A DNA stretch of 63,909 bases, counting the filler, from an uncultured bacterium (lineage in GTDB: Bacteria; Auribacterota; CAZIXI01): the NCBI GenBank assembly GCA_964543115.1. It is 3 parts of 3 records of this genome, joined end to end, with 100 filler letters (N's around TTAATTAATTAA, not from the genome) between each part and the next. Parts side by side here need not be neighbours in the genome. Positions count along the whole stretch, not along the records: positions 1 to 27,181 come from CAZIXI010000011.1; 2 more parts are not named here. The stretch is one strand, 5' to 3'. A program made the position numbers and the translations under genes. Positions within the stretch are counted from its first letter, which is position 1, and each line of letters starts with the position of its first letter. Of this stretch, positions 16,230 to 24,283 are shown one piece after another. The notes beneath the pieces were generated by a model. That model did no database searches and was not told where the DNA came from. It worked only from the letters and a program-made list of their open reading frames with translations.

Positions 16230-17819
16230 TTAACTGATTAATTTTACAAATAATTTTTGTACCTCTGCCGGGGAGTTGACGCGGAAATGCGCGGCGGAGG
16301 CCTTGGCTTTGGCGGCTACGAGGATACCTGTTCCCCGGGTACGCACGGCGAGAAAGGCGTCTTCATCGGTGGTATCATCGCCCCAATAGGTAACAGTGGT
16401 TTCTTGCCAGGAAATTTTCAGGGCGGCCATAATCCAGCTTACCGCCTTGCCCTTGTCCCAGTCAATGGCCGGCATGATCTCAAAAACCTTTTTCCCGCTC
16501 AGGATGCGTAAGGATTTATGCGCAGCCACGATTTCTTCTACCTCTTTTTTAATTTGGGCCAGATATTTTTCTTCTACCAGCCGGTAATGCACCGCTAGAC
16601 TGAATTTCTTTTCTTCGATAATTACGCCGGGGATTTTGCCGAGAGTTTGTTTCAGCTGTTCTATCAGTTTAGATACGAGCGGGATGGTTTCACTTGCCTG
16701 CGGCTGAACCATGGTCATCCCGGGGCCGACTATATCAAATCCGTGACTGCCGGCATAAAACAGGCCCTTAATGCCCACCAGCTTTTCCACATCTTCCCGC
16801 ATTCGGCCGCTGACTACGGCCACGGTGTGTTTTTTGGCGAGCTGCTTGACGGTTTCTTTCATTTCTGGAGAAATTACCGCCAGTTCCGGGCGTTGGACAA
16901 TCGGAGTCAGTGTGCCGTCGTAATCAAGGAAAAACACCAGTTTTTTGTCTCCGGCCAGGGCCTCTTTGCCGCTGCGGCGGTGATAGGGATTAAGGAGAAT
17001 CGGCTTGGGAACGGTTTTATCTGCCGCAGCTTTTTTCCAGTTCGGGAACAAGGGTTGTGGCTGCCGGGCAAACCATTTTTCAACAATATCAAGGTTGATT
17101 TCCGCCATATCGCGCACAACCAGATCAGCGCCGTTTTCACAGAGTTCCTTTTCGTTGTTCTCCCGGGCAATGCCCAGCACCAGGCCAAAGCCGCCGTTTC
17201 TGCCGGCGGCTACGCCGGAGGTAGCGTCTTCTACAACCACGGAACGGTTAGGGATGGTGCCGATATTGCGGGCGGCGGTGGTAAAGATATCCCCCTGCGG
17301 TTTTCCCTTTAGGCCCAGTTGGGCGGAGACAACTCCGTCCACTCTGGTTTCGAACAGGTCTTCAATATTTGTTGCCTGCAGGATCAATTGGCAGTTTTTT
17401 GATGAGGAGGCCACCCCCACCTTAATTCCGGCAGCGTGCAGGGCCTTAATAAACTCAATCGTTGAGGGATAGACCTCTGCCCCTTGTTCCTGAATAATCA
17501 GGCGGAACATATCATTCTTTTTGTTGCCCACCCCGCAGACTGTTTCTTTGTCCGGGGGATCGGCAGGTTCGCCAAAGGGAATATGGATATTACGGGATTC
17601 CAGAAAGCTCTTTACGCCCTGGTAGCGGGGTTTACCATCTACATAGGGCAGGTAATCGTTTTCATGGGTGAATTCCCGAAAAGCTTCACCGTCTCTTTTT
17701 TCCCGCAGGCGCATATAGTCGTCAAAGGTTTTCTTCCAGGCCTGGGCATGCACCAGGGCGGTTTTGGTGATTACTCCATCAAGATCAAAAATAACGGATT
17801 GGAAAGAGTACTTGGTCAT
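16230..17819 (-). CDS. otsB: Fusion of beta-phosphoglucomutase-like HAD domain and trehalose-6-phosphate phosphatase (OtsB)
   Basis: N-domain: FDLDGVITKT, ASSSKN, KP, EDATSG. C-domain: FLDYDGTLTPI, SGR, DWDKGKAV, GDDTTDEDAF. Confidence 0.9.
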   Translation of the reverse strand: MTKYSFQSVIFDLDGVITKTALVHAQAWKKTFDDYMRLREKRDGEAFREFTHENDYLPYVDGKPRYQGVKSFLESRNIHIPFGEPADPPDKETVCGVGNKKNDMFRLIIQEQGAEVYPSTIEFIKALHAAGIKVGVASSSKNCQLILQATNIEDLFETRVDGVVSAQLGLKGKPQGDIFTTAARNIGTIPNRSVVVEDATSGVAAGRNGGFGLVLGIARENNEKELCENGADLVVRDMAEINLDIVEKWFARQPQPLFPNWKKAAADKTVPKPILLNPYHRRSGKEALAGDKKLVFFLDYDGTLTPIVQRPELAVISPEMKETVKQLAKKHTVAVVSGRMREDVEKLVGIKGLFYAGSHGFDIVGPGMTMVQPQASETIPLVSKLIEQLKQTLGKIPGVIIEEKKFSLAVHYRLVEEKYLAQIKKEVEEIVAAHKSLRILSGKKVFEIMPAIDWDKGKAVSWIMAALKISWQETTVTYWGDDTTDEDAFLAVRTRGTGILVAAKAKASAAHFRVNSPAEVQKLFVKLIS

Positions 17820-17890
17820 ATATATATCTCCTTTTTAATGAGGAGTTATTTTAGCAAAATATGAATGATATGGGAAGATTTACCTAATTC

Positions 17891-17899
17891 TGGTATAAT
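17891..17899 (+). promoter_or_regulatory. Extended -10 promoter (TGGTATAAT) 7 nt before the rlmB ATG
   Basis: Perfect TGnTATAAT with no SD before ATG 17907. Confidence 0.6.
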
Positions 17900-17906
17900 A
17901 TATGCC

Positions 17907-18614
17907 ATGTATCTTTATGGTAAAAATTCAGTTTGGGAGCGCCTGCGGGCCGATCCGGCAAGCATTCAGGAAATTTTTGTTCAGGAGGGCTTTGCTGAAC
18001 CGCAGATTGTCCAGGCGGTCTATGCCGCGAAGATTCCGATTCAAAGCCTCCCCCGGAAGGAATTAGCCAGATTTAAGCAGGGTGTGCATTTGCAGGGGAT
18101 TCTTGCTAAAGTAAAAAAGTTTGCCTACCAGGAATTTGATGATCTGCTTAGCGGGAAAAACAAATACACTTTTCTTTTTCTTGACCGGGTAATGGATCCG
18201 CATAATCTGGGCGCAATCTTGCGCACAGCGGCTTGTCTTGGCGGTTTTGCCGTTGTTCTGCCCAAACATCAAGCTTGTGAGGTTACTGACGCGGTATTGC
18301 ATGTGGCCAGTGGCGGGGAGAATTATGTGCCGGTAACCATGGTGGGTAATCTGGCCCAGGCCATTATCAGAGCGAAGAAAGATAATTATTGGATTGCCGG
18401 AGCGGTAGTTGAGGGCGGAGAAACAGTCAGCGGCGTAAAATTGCCTTTTCCTCTGGGACTGGTTCTCGGTTCTGAAGGCGAGGGTGTGCGTTATGGAGTA
18501 GAAAAACACCTGGATTTGCGGTTTTCTATCCCCATGCACGGTGCGCCGCTTTCCTTTAATGTAACTACAGCCGCGGCGATTATTTGTTATGAGGTAGCCA
18601 GACAAAGGCGCTAG
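17907..18614 (+). CDS. rlmB: 23S rRNA (Gm2251) 2'-O-methyltransferase, TrmH/SpoU family
   Basis: MYLYGKNSV, HLQGILA, LDRVMDPHNLGAILRTA, LVLGSEGEGVR, IPMHG..LSFNVTTAAAIICYE. Confidence 0.9.
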   Translation: MYLYGKNSVWERLRADPASIQEIFVQEGFAEPQIVQAVYAAKIPIQSLPRKELARFKQGVHLQGILAKVKKFAYQEFDDLLSGKNKYTFLFLDRVMDPHNLGAILRTAACLGGFAVVLPKHQACEVTDAVLHVASGGENYVPVTMVGNLAQAIIRAKKDNYWIAGAVVEGGETVSGVKLPFPLGLVLGSEGEGVRYGVEKHLDLRFSIPMHGAPLSFNVTTAAAIICYEVARQRR

Positions 18615-18617
18615 AAA

Positions 18618-19715
18618 ATGAAATGTCCGTTTGGCCACGATCGGTTGAAAACTGTTCATTACTCTGCGGATACTGTTGTCGAGAGATGCGGACATTGTCA
18701 GGGATTGTGGGTTACTGAAGAGCAGATAAATAAGATTGTTTGTATTAACCAGGATGTACAGTCAATTGAAGAGGTAAATTATCCCTTTATTCCGGAACTG
18801 AGGCTTACTCAGGAAAGGGCGATGGAAGCATGCCCGCAATGTGCTTCGTTTCTCAAAAAATATGTCTATAAAATATGGGATGAGGTGACGAGCATTTTTG
18901 AATGCGATACCTGCGGCAAGAAATGGATCCCCGGACCCTTTGAAGAAAAGTATTTTCAGGAGATTAAGGTGGCGGAGATACTGGGGAAAAGGCAGCCGGC
19001 GAAAAACCCGGAGCCGCCTGTCACTGAAGACGAGGATATCTTGGCTGAGGGAGGAGAAAAGACCCCGTTTTTCCCGTTTATTTTTCCGTTACGCACTACC
19101 GGCAAAACAGCCCTGACCCCTTATCTAACGACGGTCCTGCTGTTAATTAATTTTATTGTTTCGAGTTGGCTGCTGTTTGAGCGGTTTGATCTGGCGGAGA
19201 TATTTAAACAATATGGTTTTGTCCCGGCGTTGTTTGGGCCTGGTCATTATTATGCGATTTTTACGTCAATGTTTATTCACGCCAATGTGTTTCATCTTCT
19301 GGGTAATTTGGTATATCTTTGGGTTTTTGGCGATAGAATGGAAAATACCCTGGGCCGGGTTAAATTTATCCTTCTCTATTTTGCCTGTGGTTTTGCGGGC
19401 GCTTTCTGTTATTTGAAAATAGCTCCGCAATCGCCAATACCGGCAGTAGGGGCCAGCGGCGGGATTGTCGGGTTAATGGGCGCCTATCTTGTTTTTTATC
19501 CCAAAGGGATAATCAAAACGTTTATTGGCCGGCAGATATTTGATATCCCGGTACTTGTTTATGTACTGGGGTGGGTACTCTATAATACCTTGGTAAGTAT
19601 TCTTGTGGGGTATGGCTTCAGGATAGGCTGGCTGATTCACCTGGGCAGTTTTGTTTGTGGTGTGCTTATCGCTTTGCTTATAAAAGTTTGTCGAAAGGAC
19701 AGGAGCAGTCTATAA
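18618..19715 (+). CDS. Rhomboid intramembrane serine protease with N-terminal zf-TFIIB-like zinc ribbons
   Basis: N-terminus has CPFG..CGHCQGLW and CPQC..CDTCGKKW. The rhomboid part has TSMFIHANVFHLLGN, FG..ME, GASGG (catalytic Ser) and WLIHLG (catalytic His). Confidence 0.88.
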   Translation: MKCPFGHDRLKTVHYSADTVVERCGHCQGLWVTEEQINKIVCINQDVQSIEEVNYPFIPELRLTQERAMEACPQCASFLKKYVYKIWDEVTSIFECDTCGKKWIPGPFEEKYFQEIKVAEILGKRQPAKNPEPPVTEDEDILAEGGEKTPFFPFIFPLRTTGKTALTPYLTTVLLLINFIVSSWLLFERFDLAEIFKQYGFVPALFGPGHYYAIFTSMFIHANVFHLLGNLVYLWVFGDRMENTLGRVKFILLYFACGFAGAFCYLKIAPQSPIPAVGASGGIVGLMGAYLVFYPKGIIKTFIGRQIFDIPVLVYVLGWVLYNTLVSILVGYGFRIGWLIHLGSFVCGVLIALLIKVCRKDRSSL

Positions 19716-19753
19716 CCATTCCAATAATAGCAGTCCCGAGCGTAGCGAGGGGA
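19705..19753 (+). repeat. Dispersed element copy (GCAGTCTATAACCATTCCAATAATA + GCAGTCCC hairpin)
   Basis: 19705-19737 matches 22432-22464 at 30/33 positions. It overlaps the rhomboid stop codon and supplies the SD of the next gene. Confidence 0.8.
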
Positions 19754-19754
19754 A

Positions 19755-21899
19755 ATGAGCCTAAAAAAGATAATTAAGTTAAAAATAAGCTCGAAGATTT
19801 TTATCGCCCTTTTTGGGCTGGCGCTTATTTCGCTGATTATTTTTGGCTATATCGCCTTTGACGATATGGAAAAATTGGGCCGGTATACGCTGGCCAGGAG
19901 TATGTCCCTGGGAGAAAGCGCGGTTAGTGATAGTATTGCCGCGTTGAGAGAACAGGCGGAAGAATATCTCATCCAGGTGGCCAAAGACCAGGCGGCGATC
20001 AGTAACGCCTTATTGGAAAAGGTAGCCGCGGAAGTAATGATTATGGTGGAATATGCCACCAATCTTTGGAGTAAACCGGAGCGTTGTCTGCCCGGAGAAT
20101 CGTATTCAGAAGAGCAGAAACCGGCGGATATCTATGCGCATTCTGTCTACAAATTGGCTCCCGGAGTGCAGTTGGCCGATGTGCAGGAGGAGTTGGCCGC
20201 TTCCAGTCTGATGGATGAAATATTTGTGGCTCTCTTTGCCAACGACTATTGTATTGATACACTTTGTCTGGGGACAGAGAGCGGTATCTTCCGCAGTTAT
20301 CCCTGGCGCACGGGCCGCGATCCGGCTTATGATCCCCGCAAACGTACCTGGTACCGGCAGGCGGTCAGTGAAGGGAAGTTGATCTGGACCGAACCCTATA
20401 TTCATGCCGCTACCAATGAATTAATCATTACCTGTGCCAAGTCTTTTAAAGGCCCGCAGGGTAAGCTGGCGGGAGTGGCGGAAGTTGATGTTACCCTGGA
20501 AGTAATGAATAAGAAGATCATGAGTACCCAGATCGGTGATTCCGGTTATGCTTTTTTGATTGATAAACAGGGAAGGACCATTGTCCGGCCGGGATTGGTG
20601 GCCGGCGATATTCGCTGGGATGAAACCTATAAAACAGAAAATCTGCTGGAATCAGAAAACGCTCAATTAAGAAAAATTGCCGAAGAGATGGTTGCCGGTA
20701 AAACAGGAATTGCTGTTTGCAAATTGGACGGCAGCGATCAATATATTGCCTATGCCCCGGTTACGGTTACTGATTGGTTTATGGGGATTGTTGTGCCGGT
20801 GGACGATATCATTGCCCCGGCCCTGGCCACCAAGAAGATGATTGTGGCGGCGACGGAGAATACACGCGGGCACATCGATAAACGCCTGCAGAAGGTTTTA
20901 AATTTACTCAGTATAATTTTTATTATTATTATCCTGGTTGATTCCTGGACGGCCTATCGTTTATCAAAAAAGATTACCAGGCCCATTCTTGCCCTGGACC
21001 GGGGCGCGCAGATTGTTGGTAGAGGGGATCTGGATTACCGTCTGGATATCAAGACCGGTGATGAAATCGAACAGCTGGCCGGGACGTTTAACAAGATGTC
21101 GGCGGACCTGAAAGTCTATATTAAAAACCTTAAAGAAACAACCGCGGCAAAAGAACGGATCGAGAGTGAACTGAAGGTCGCCCATGATATTCAGCTGGGG
21201 CTGGTGCCGAAAAAATTTCCACCGTTTCCCGAACGCAAACAATTTGATCTCTACGCGGTTCTGGATCCGATGAAAGAGGTAGGCGGTGATTTTTATGATT
21301 TCTTCCTGATTGATGATAATCATCTCTGTTTTGTGATTGGCGATGTTTCCGGCAAGGGTGTGCCGGCGGCCTTGTTTATGGCGATGGTTAAGACTCTGAT
21401 CAAGGCCTCCGCGAAAGAGGCTGGTTGTCCGGCGGAGATTATGACCAGGGTCAATCAAGAGGTGGTTCAGGAAAGTACAGCGGCAATGTTTGTAACCGTT
21501 TTTCTTGGTATTCTGGATATCAGGACGGGGGAAGTAACCTATAGTAATTGCGGTCATAACCCGCCCCTCTATGTTCACCAGGGGCAGGAGCCGGAATTTA
21601 TTATGGGAGGCAGAAGCACGATTGTCGGTATGATTAAGCAGATACCGTTCAGGAGTGATAAACTTATTTTGCAGCCGGGGGATACTATTTATCTGTATAC
21701 CGATGGGGCCACTGAGGCCTTTAATCAGCAGCGTGAACAATTTTCCGGGGGGAGGTTGCAGGAAATTGTTTCCGCTAATCGGAAAGAATCGCTTAAGGAT
21801 TTGACAACCAAGACATTGACTGAAATTCAGGCCTTTGCCGGCAGCAGCCCGCAATCAGATGATATTACGATAATGGTACTAAGGTATTTTGGCAGTTGA
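19755..21899 (+). CDS. Membrane sensor PP2C phosphatase (Cache-HAMP-SpoIIE; RsbU/RsbP-like)
   Basis: TM, Cache motif YDPRKRTWY..WTEPY, TM, HAMP DEIEQLAGTFNKM, then EVGGDFYD, IGDVSGKGVPAALFM, YTDGATEA, SDDITI. Confidence 0.92.
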   Translation: MSLKKIIKLKISSKIFIALFGLALISLIIFGYIAFDDMEKLGRYTLARSMSLGESAVSDSIAALREQAEEYLIQVAKDQAAISNALLEKVAAEVMIMVEYATNLWSKPERCLPGESYSEEQKPADIYAHSVYKLAPGVQLADVQEELAASSLMDEIFVALFANDYCIDTLCLGTESGIFRSYPWRTGRDPAYDPRKRTWYRQAVSEGKLIWTEPYIHAATNELIITCAKSFKGPQGKLAGVAEVDVTLEVMNKKIMSTQIGDSGYAFLIDKQGRTIVRPGLVAGDIRWDETYKTENLLESENAQLRKIAEEMVAGKTGIAVCKLDGSDQYIAYAPVTVTDWFMGIVVPVDDIIAPALATKKMIVAATENTRGHIDKRLQKVLNLLSIIFIIIILVDSWTAYRLSKKITRPILALDRGAQIVGRGDLDYRLDIKTGDEIEQLAGTFNKMSADLKVYIKNLKETTAAKERIESELKVAHDIQLGLVPKKFPPFPERKQFDLYAVLDPMKEVGGDFYDFFLIDDNHLCFVIGDVSGKGVPAALFMAMVKTLIKASAKEAGCPAEIMTRVNQEVVQESTAAMFVTVFLGILDIRTGEVTYSNCGHNPPLYVHQGQEPEFIMGGRSTIVGMIKQIPFRSDKLILQPGDTIYLYTDGATEAFNQQREQFSGGRLQEIVSANRKESLKDLTTKTLTEIQAFAGSSPQSDDITIMVLRYFGS

Positions 21900-21977
21900 A
21901 AAACGTCTGAGAAAAAGGTAAAATTACTTGATAATCTCAATTGAGGATAAGGAATACGGATTGCCCATTTTTTTTCG

Positions 21978-22010
21978 AAATCCGAAATCTGAAATCTGAA
22001 ATCTAAAATT
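21978..22010 (+). repeat. 33-bp heptamer tract upstream of the STAS gene SD
   Basis: AAATCCG AAATCTG AAATCTG AAATCTA AAATT, then GAAAAAGGAGG. Confidence 0.85.
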
Positions 22011-22026
22011 GAAAAAGGAGGTTCAA

Positions 22027-22410
22027 ATGCCTTTGCAAGTTAGGGTTAAGGAAAAAGCACAAGGGACTTTTACTATTGCGCCTGTAGGATCACTGGATGC
22101 CAACAGTTATGCTGATTTAGAAAAAGAAGTAAAGGCGGTTTTAGGGCAGTCGCCACGGGTGATTATCTTTGATATGGAAGGGCTTGAATATATCAATAGC
22201 AGCGGGGTTGGCGTAGTGCTGAATACCAAAAAGAGAATAATTCAACAGGGCGGGACAATGGTGATGGTCAATCTCCAGCCGCAGATAAGAGATGTTTTCG
22301 ATATTATTAAGGCCCTGCCGGCACAAGAGATTTTTAGCAGTGTCCAGGAGCTGGATGACTATCTAACTTCTATTCAACACAAAAATATCCAAAAAAGAAA
22401 ACACGGGTAA
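22027..22410 (+). CDS. STAS-domain anti-sigma factor antagonist (RsbV/SpoIIAA-like)
   Basis: GSLDA..., IIFDMEGLEYINSSGVGVVL with the phosphorylatable Ser motif. SD AGGAGG then ATG 22027. Confidence 0.9.
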   Translation: MPLQVRVKEKAQGTFTIAPVGSLDANSYADLEKEVKAVLGQSPRVIIFDMEGLEYINSSGVGVVLNTKKRIIQQGGTMVMVNLQPQIRDVFDIIKALPAQEIFSSVQELDDYLTSIQHKNIQKRKHG

Positions 22411-22431
22411 AAAACCTCTATAGGGTCAAGG

Positions 22432-22534
22432 GCAGTTTATACCCATACCAATAATAGCAGTCCCCCGATGAAATCGTGGGGCAGTCTATATCCATTCCTT
22501 TAATGGCAGTAGGGGCCGGGCACTGTCCCGGCCC
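22432..22534 (+). repeat. Composite array of four 24-29-bp GCAGT-initiated units, alternating linear and hairpin
   Basis: GCAGT recurs at 22432, 22457, 22481 and 22506. Units 2 and 4 are hairpins; unit 4 is GTAGGGGCCGGGCACTGTCCCGGCCC. Confidence 0.75.
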
Positions 22535-22549
22535 ATTAACCATTAAATT

Positions 22550-23353
22550 ATGAATATAATTTTAGTTTTCAGTTATACAATAGCCGTTTTAATGGATATT
22601 GCACCGGCGATTTTACTGGCTATCTATATTGCCCGCCGGTTTCGGGCCAGTTGGCGGTACTGGTTTTACGGTGTTTTAATTTTTCTTATTTTTCAGGCAA
22701 TTACCCGGATCCCGCTTATTACCTTTATTCAGCGCCAGCCGTTTGTGCAAACGGGATTGCAACAACTGGGTTTTTTCTGGCTGTTTCTCCTTTTTTTGAG
22801 TCTAACCGCGGGGCTTTTTGAAGAGGGCGGCCGCTGGCTGGCCTTTCGTTTTGTGATTCCGGGGCGTGACCGTAAATGGTCCACGGCCCTGATGGTGGGA
22901 GCCGGTCATGGCGGGCTGGAGGCAATCGGAGTAGGGATCTTACAGTTAATTGCCCTAGTCAGTTATCTGGCAATAAATTTTTTACCGGCTGGTATGTTAA
23001 CTGCTTATAGTGGTAATATTGCGCAAATGCAGGCGCAATATGGCCAGCTGCAGGGTTGGGAACCGCTGTTGGGCGGTTGGGAAAGAATTTGTGCCGTGGC
23101 CATTCAAATCGGCCTGACGGTGATGGTCCTGCAGTCATTTACCAGCGGTAGGCGCTGGTGGTGGTACGCGCTCGCCTTTCATACCCTGGTTGATTTTACC
23201 TCAGTCGGCGTTTTATATCTATGGAACACCAATGTCGGCCATATTCCGGCCTTGATTGCTACCGAGGCATTAGTGACGGTTTATGCCCTGATAATGATTT
23301 TGTATATTCTGCGGACAGGTAGGGGCGGACTTCTGTGTCCGCCCGGTATTTAA
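22550..23353 (+). CDS. YhfC-family (PrsW-related) intramembrane glutamic protease
   Basis: Multi-TM protein with AGLFEEGGR, GAGHGGLEA, GGWER..A, AFHTLVD motifs. Confidence 0.85.
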   Translation: MNIILVFSYTIAVLMDIAPAILLAIYIARRFRASWRYWFYGVLIFLIFQAITRIPLITFIQRQPFVQTGLQQLGFFWLFLLFLSLTAGLFEEGGRWLAFRFVIPGRDRKWSTALMVGAGHGGLEAIGVGILQLIALVSYLAINFLPAGMLTAYSGNIAQMQAQYGQLQGWEPLLGGWERICAVAIQIGLTVMVLQSFTSGRRWWWYALAFHTLVDFTSVGVLYLWNTNVGHIPALIATEALVTVYALIMILYILRTGRGGLLCPPGI

Positions 23354-23430
23354 TATTCCATTATTATTCGGGATGACACGGTGGTCATGGACGACACGGA
23401 GGTTCGGGACGACACGGAGGTCGTTCCCTG
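23319..23430. repeat. Inverted pair of REP-like hairpins plus 3 x 18-bp tandem repeat
   Basis: (+) GTAGGGGCGGACTTCTGTGTCCGCCC at 23319-23344. (-) CAGGGAACGACCTCCGTGTCGTCCC ending at 23430. Tandem units at 23368, 23386 and 23404. Confidence 0.75.
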
Positions 23431-24222
23431 CTATTTTTCTACCTCAATGCCGTCTTTATTGATAATTGCGTTAACCGGGCCGCCGTAAGGAGAAACCCGG
23501 CCCAGTTGCTGGTCGTTGACGATGAGGTTAAGGTTGCCGGGATTGCCGATGCGTAATTTGAATTCGCTGGTCGCGGTCCAGTTCTTTTGCTCACCTTTTG
23601 CCAGAATCCCTTCGAAAATAAGCTTTCCATCCGTGTGAATCCGCAGCCAGACGGCGTCGGTGGTTTTGGCGGTTAAGGAAATAGGTGTTTTTAAGGGGGT
23701 AACCAGGGCGGAGGGTTCAATAATCTTCTCCGGTGGTTCCGGCTGTGCCGGTTGTTGTGTTGCCTCCCGGACCGGCCGGCTTTTCAACGGGCTCTGAGGG
23801 GAGAGAGGTTCCTGCTTTGCCGGGCGAAATAAGAAGAAAACCAGAAGTAATATAAGCGCAAGCGGAATTGCGCAAAGGGGAATCAACACCTTAGGTTGGA
23901 AAAGTTTTTGCCAGTTAAAATTTATCCCCGGTAATTTTTGTTTCTCGAGCACCAGTTCCTGCTTGGTCTCGGTGGGGTAGAGTTTCTTATAGAGTTCAAC
24001 GATGGCCTCTCCGTCCAGTCCCATGTATTTGGCGTAACTGCGCAGATAACCTTTTACGTAAATTGGAGCGGGCAGCCGCTCGTATTCGTTATTATCAATC
24101 GCCTGGATAATATCCATGCTGGTTTTTAATTCTTGGGCAACCTGGGCAACGGGTATCTTTTTTTCTTCACGGATATTCTTTAAGTATTGGCCGAGATTTT
24201 CAATTTTTTCTAATTCCTGCAT
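23431..24222 (-). CDS. rodZ: RodZ-like protein (HTH - TM - DUF4115)
   Basis: LGQYLKNIREEKK...PAPIYVKGYLRSYAKYMGL, a single TM, then VWLRIHTDG..FEGIL..G...LRIGNPG. Located downstream of ftsK. Confidence 0.8.
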   Translation of the reverse strand: MQELEKIENLGQYLKNIREEKKIPVAQVAQELKTSMDIIQAIDNNEYERLPAPIYVKGYLRSYAKYMGLDGEAIVELYKKLYPTETKQELVLEKQKLPGINFNWQKLFQPKVLIPLCAIPLALILLLVFFLFRPAKQEPLSPQSPLKSRPVREATQQPAQPEPPEKIIEPSALVTPLKTPISLTAKTTDAVWLRIHTDGKLIFEGILAKGEQKNWTATSEFKLRIGNPGNLNLIVNDQQLGRVSPYGGPVNAIINKDGIEVEK

Positions 24223-24283
24223 AATTTACCTCACAAAGTGGCTGCCTGTAGCAGCATTTTATCTACACATTATAAAAATATAA

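Noticed and set aside
20964..21854. 296-aa antisense ORF over the SpoIIE domain (likewise 29157-29837, 16647-17312, 15593-16222, 57150-57779, 18063-18695)
   Set aside because: These are opposite-strand shadows of conserved genes with no recognisable domains or start signals.
22432..22534. CRISPR-like periodic array (GCAGT every ~25 nt)
   Set aside because: Units are too short and not identical, there is no repeat-spacer alternation of CRISPR dimensions, and no cas genes are present. Treated as a composite repeat instead.
23368..23421. Mini-CRISPR from three 18-bp repeats
   Set aside because: The repeats are directly adjacent with no spacers.
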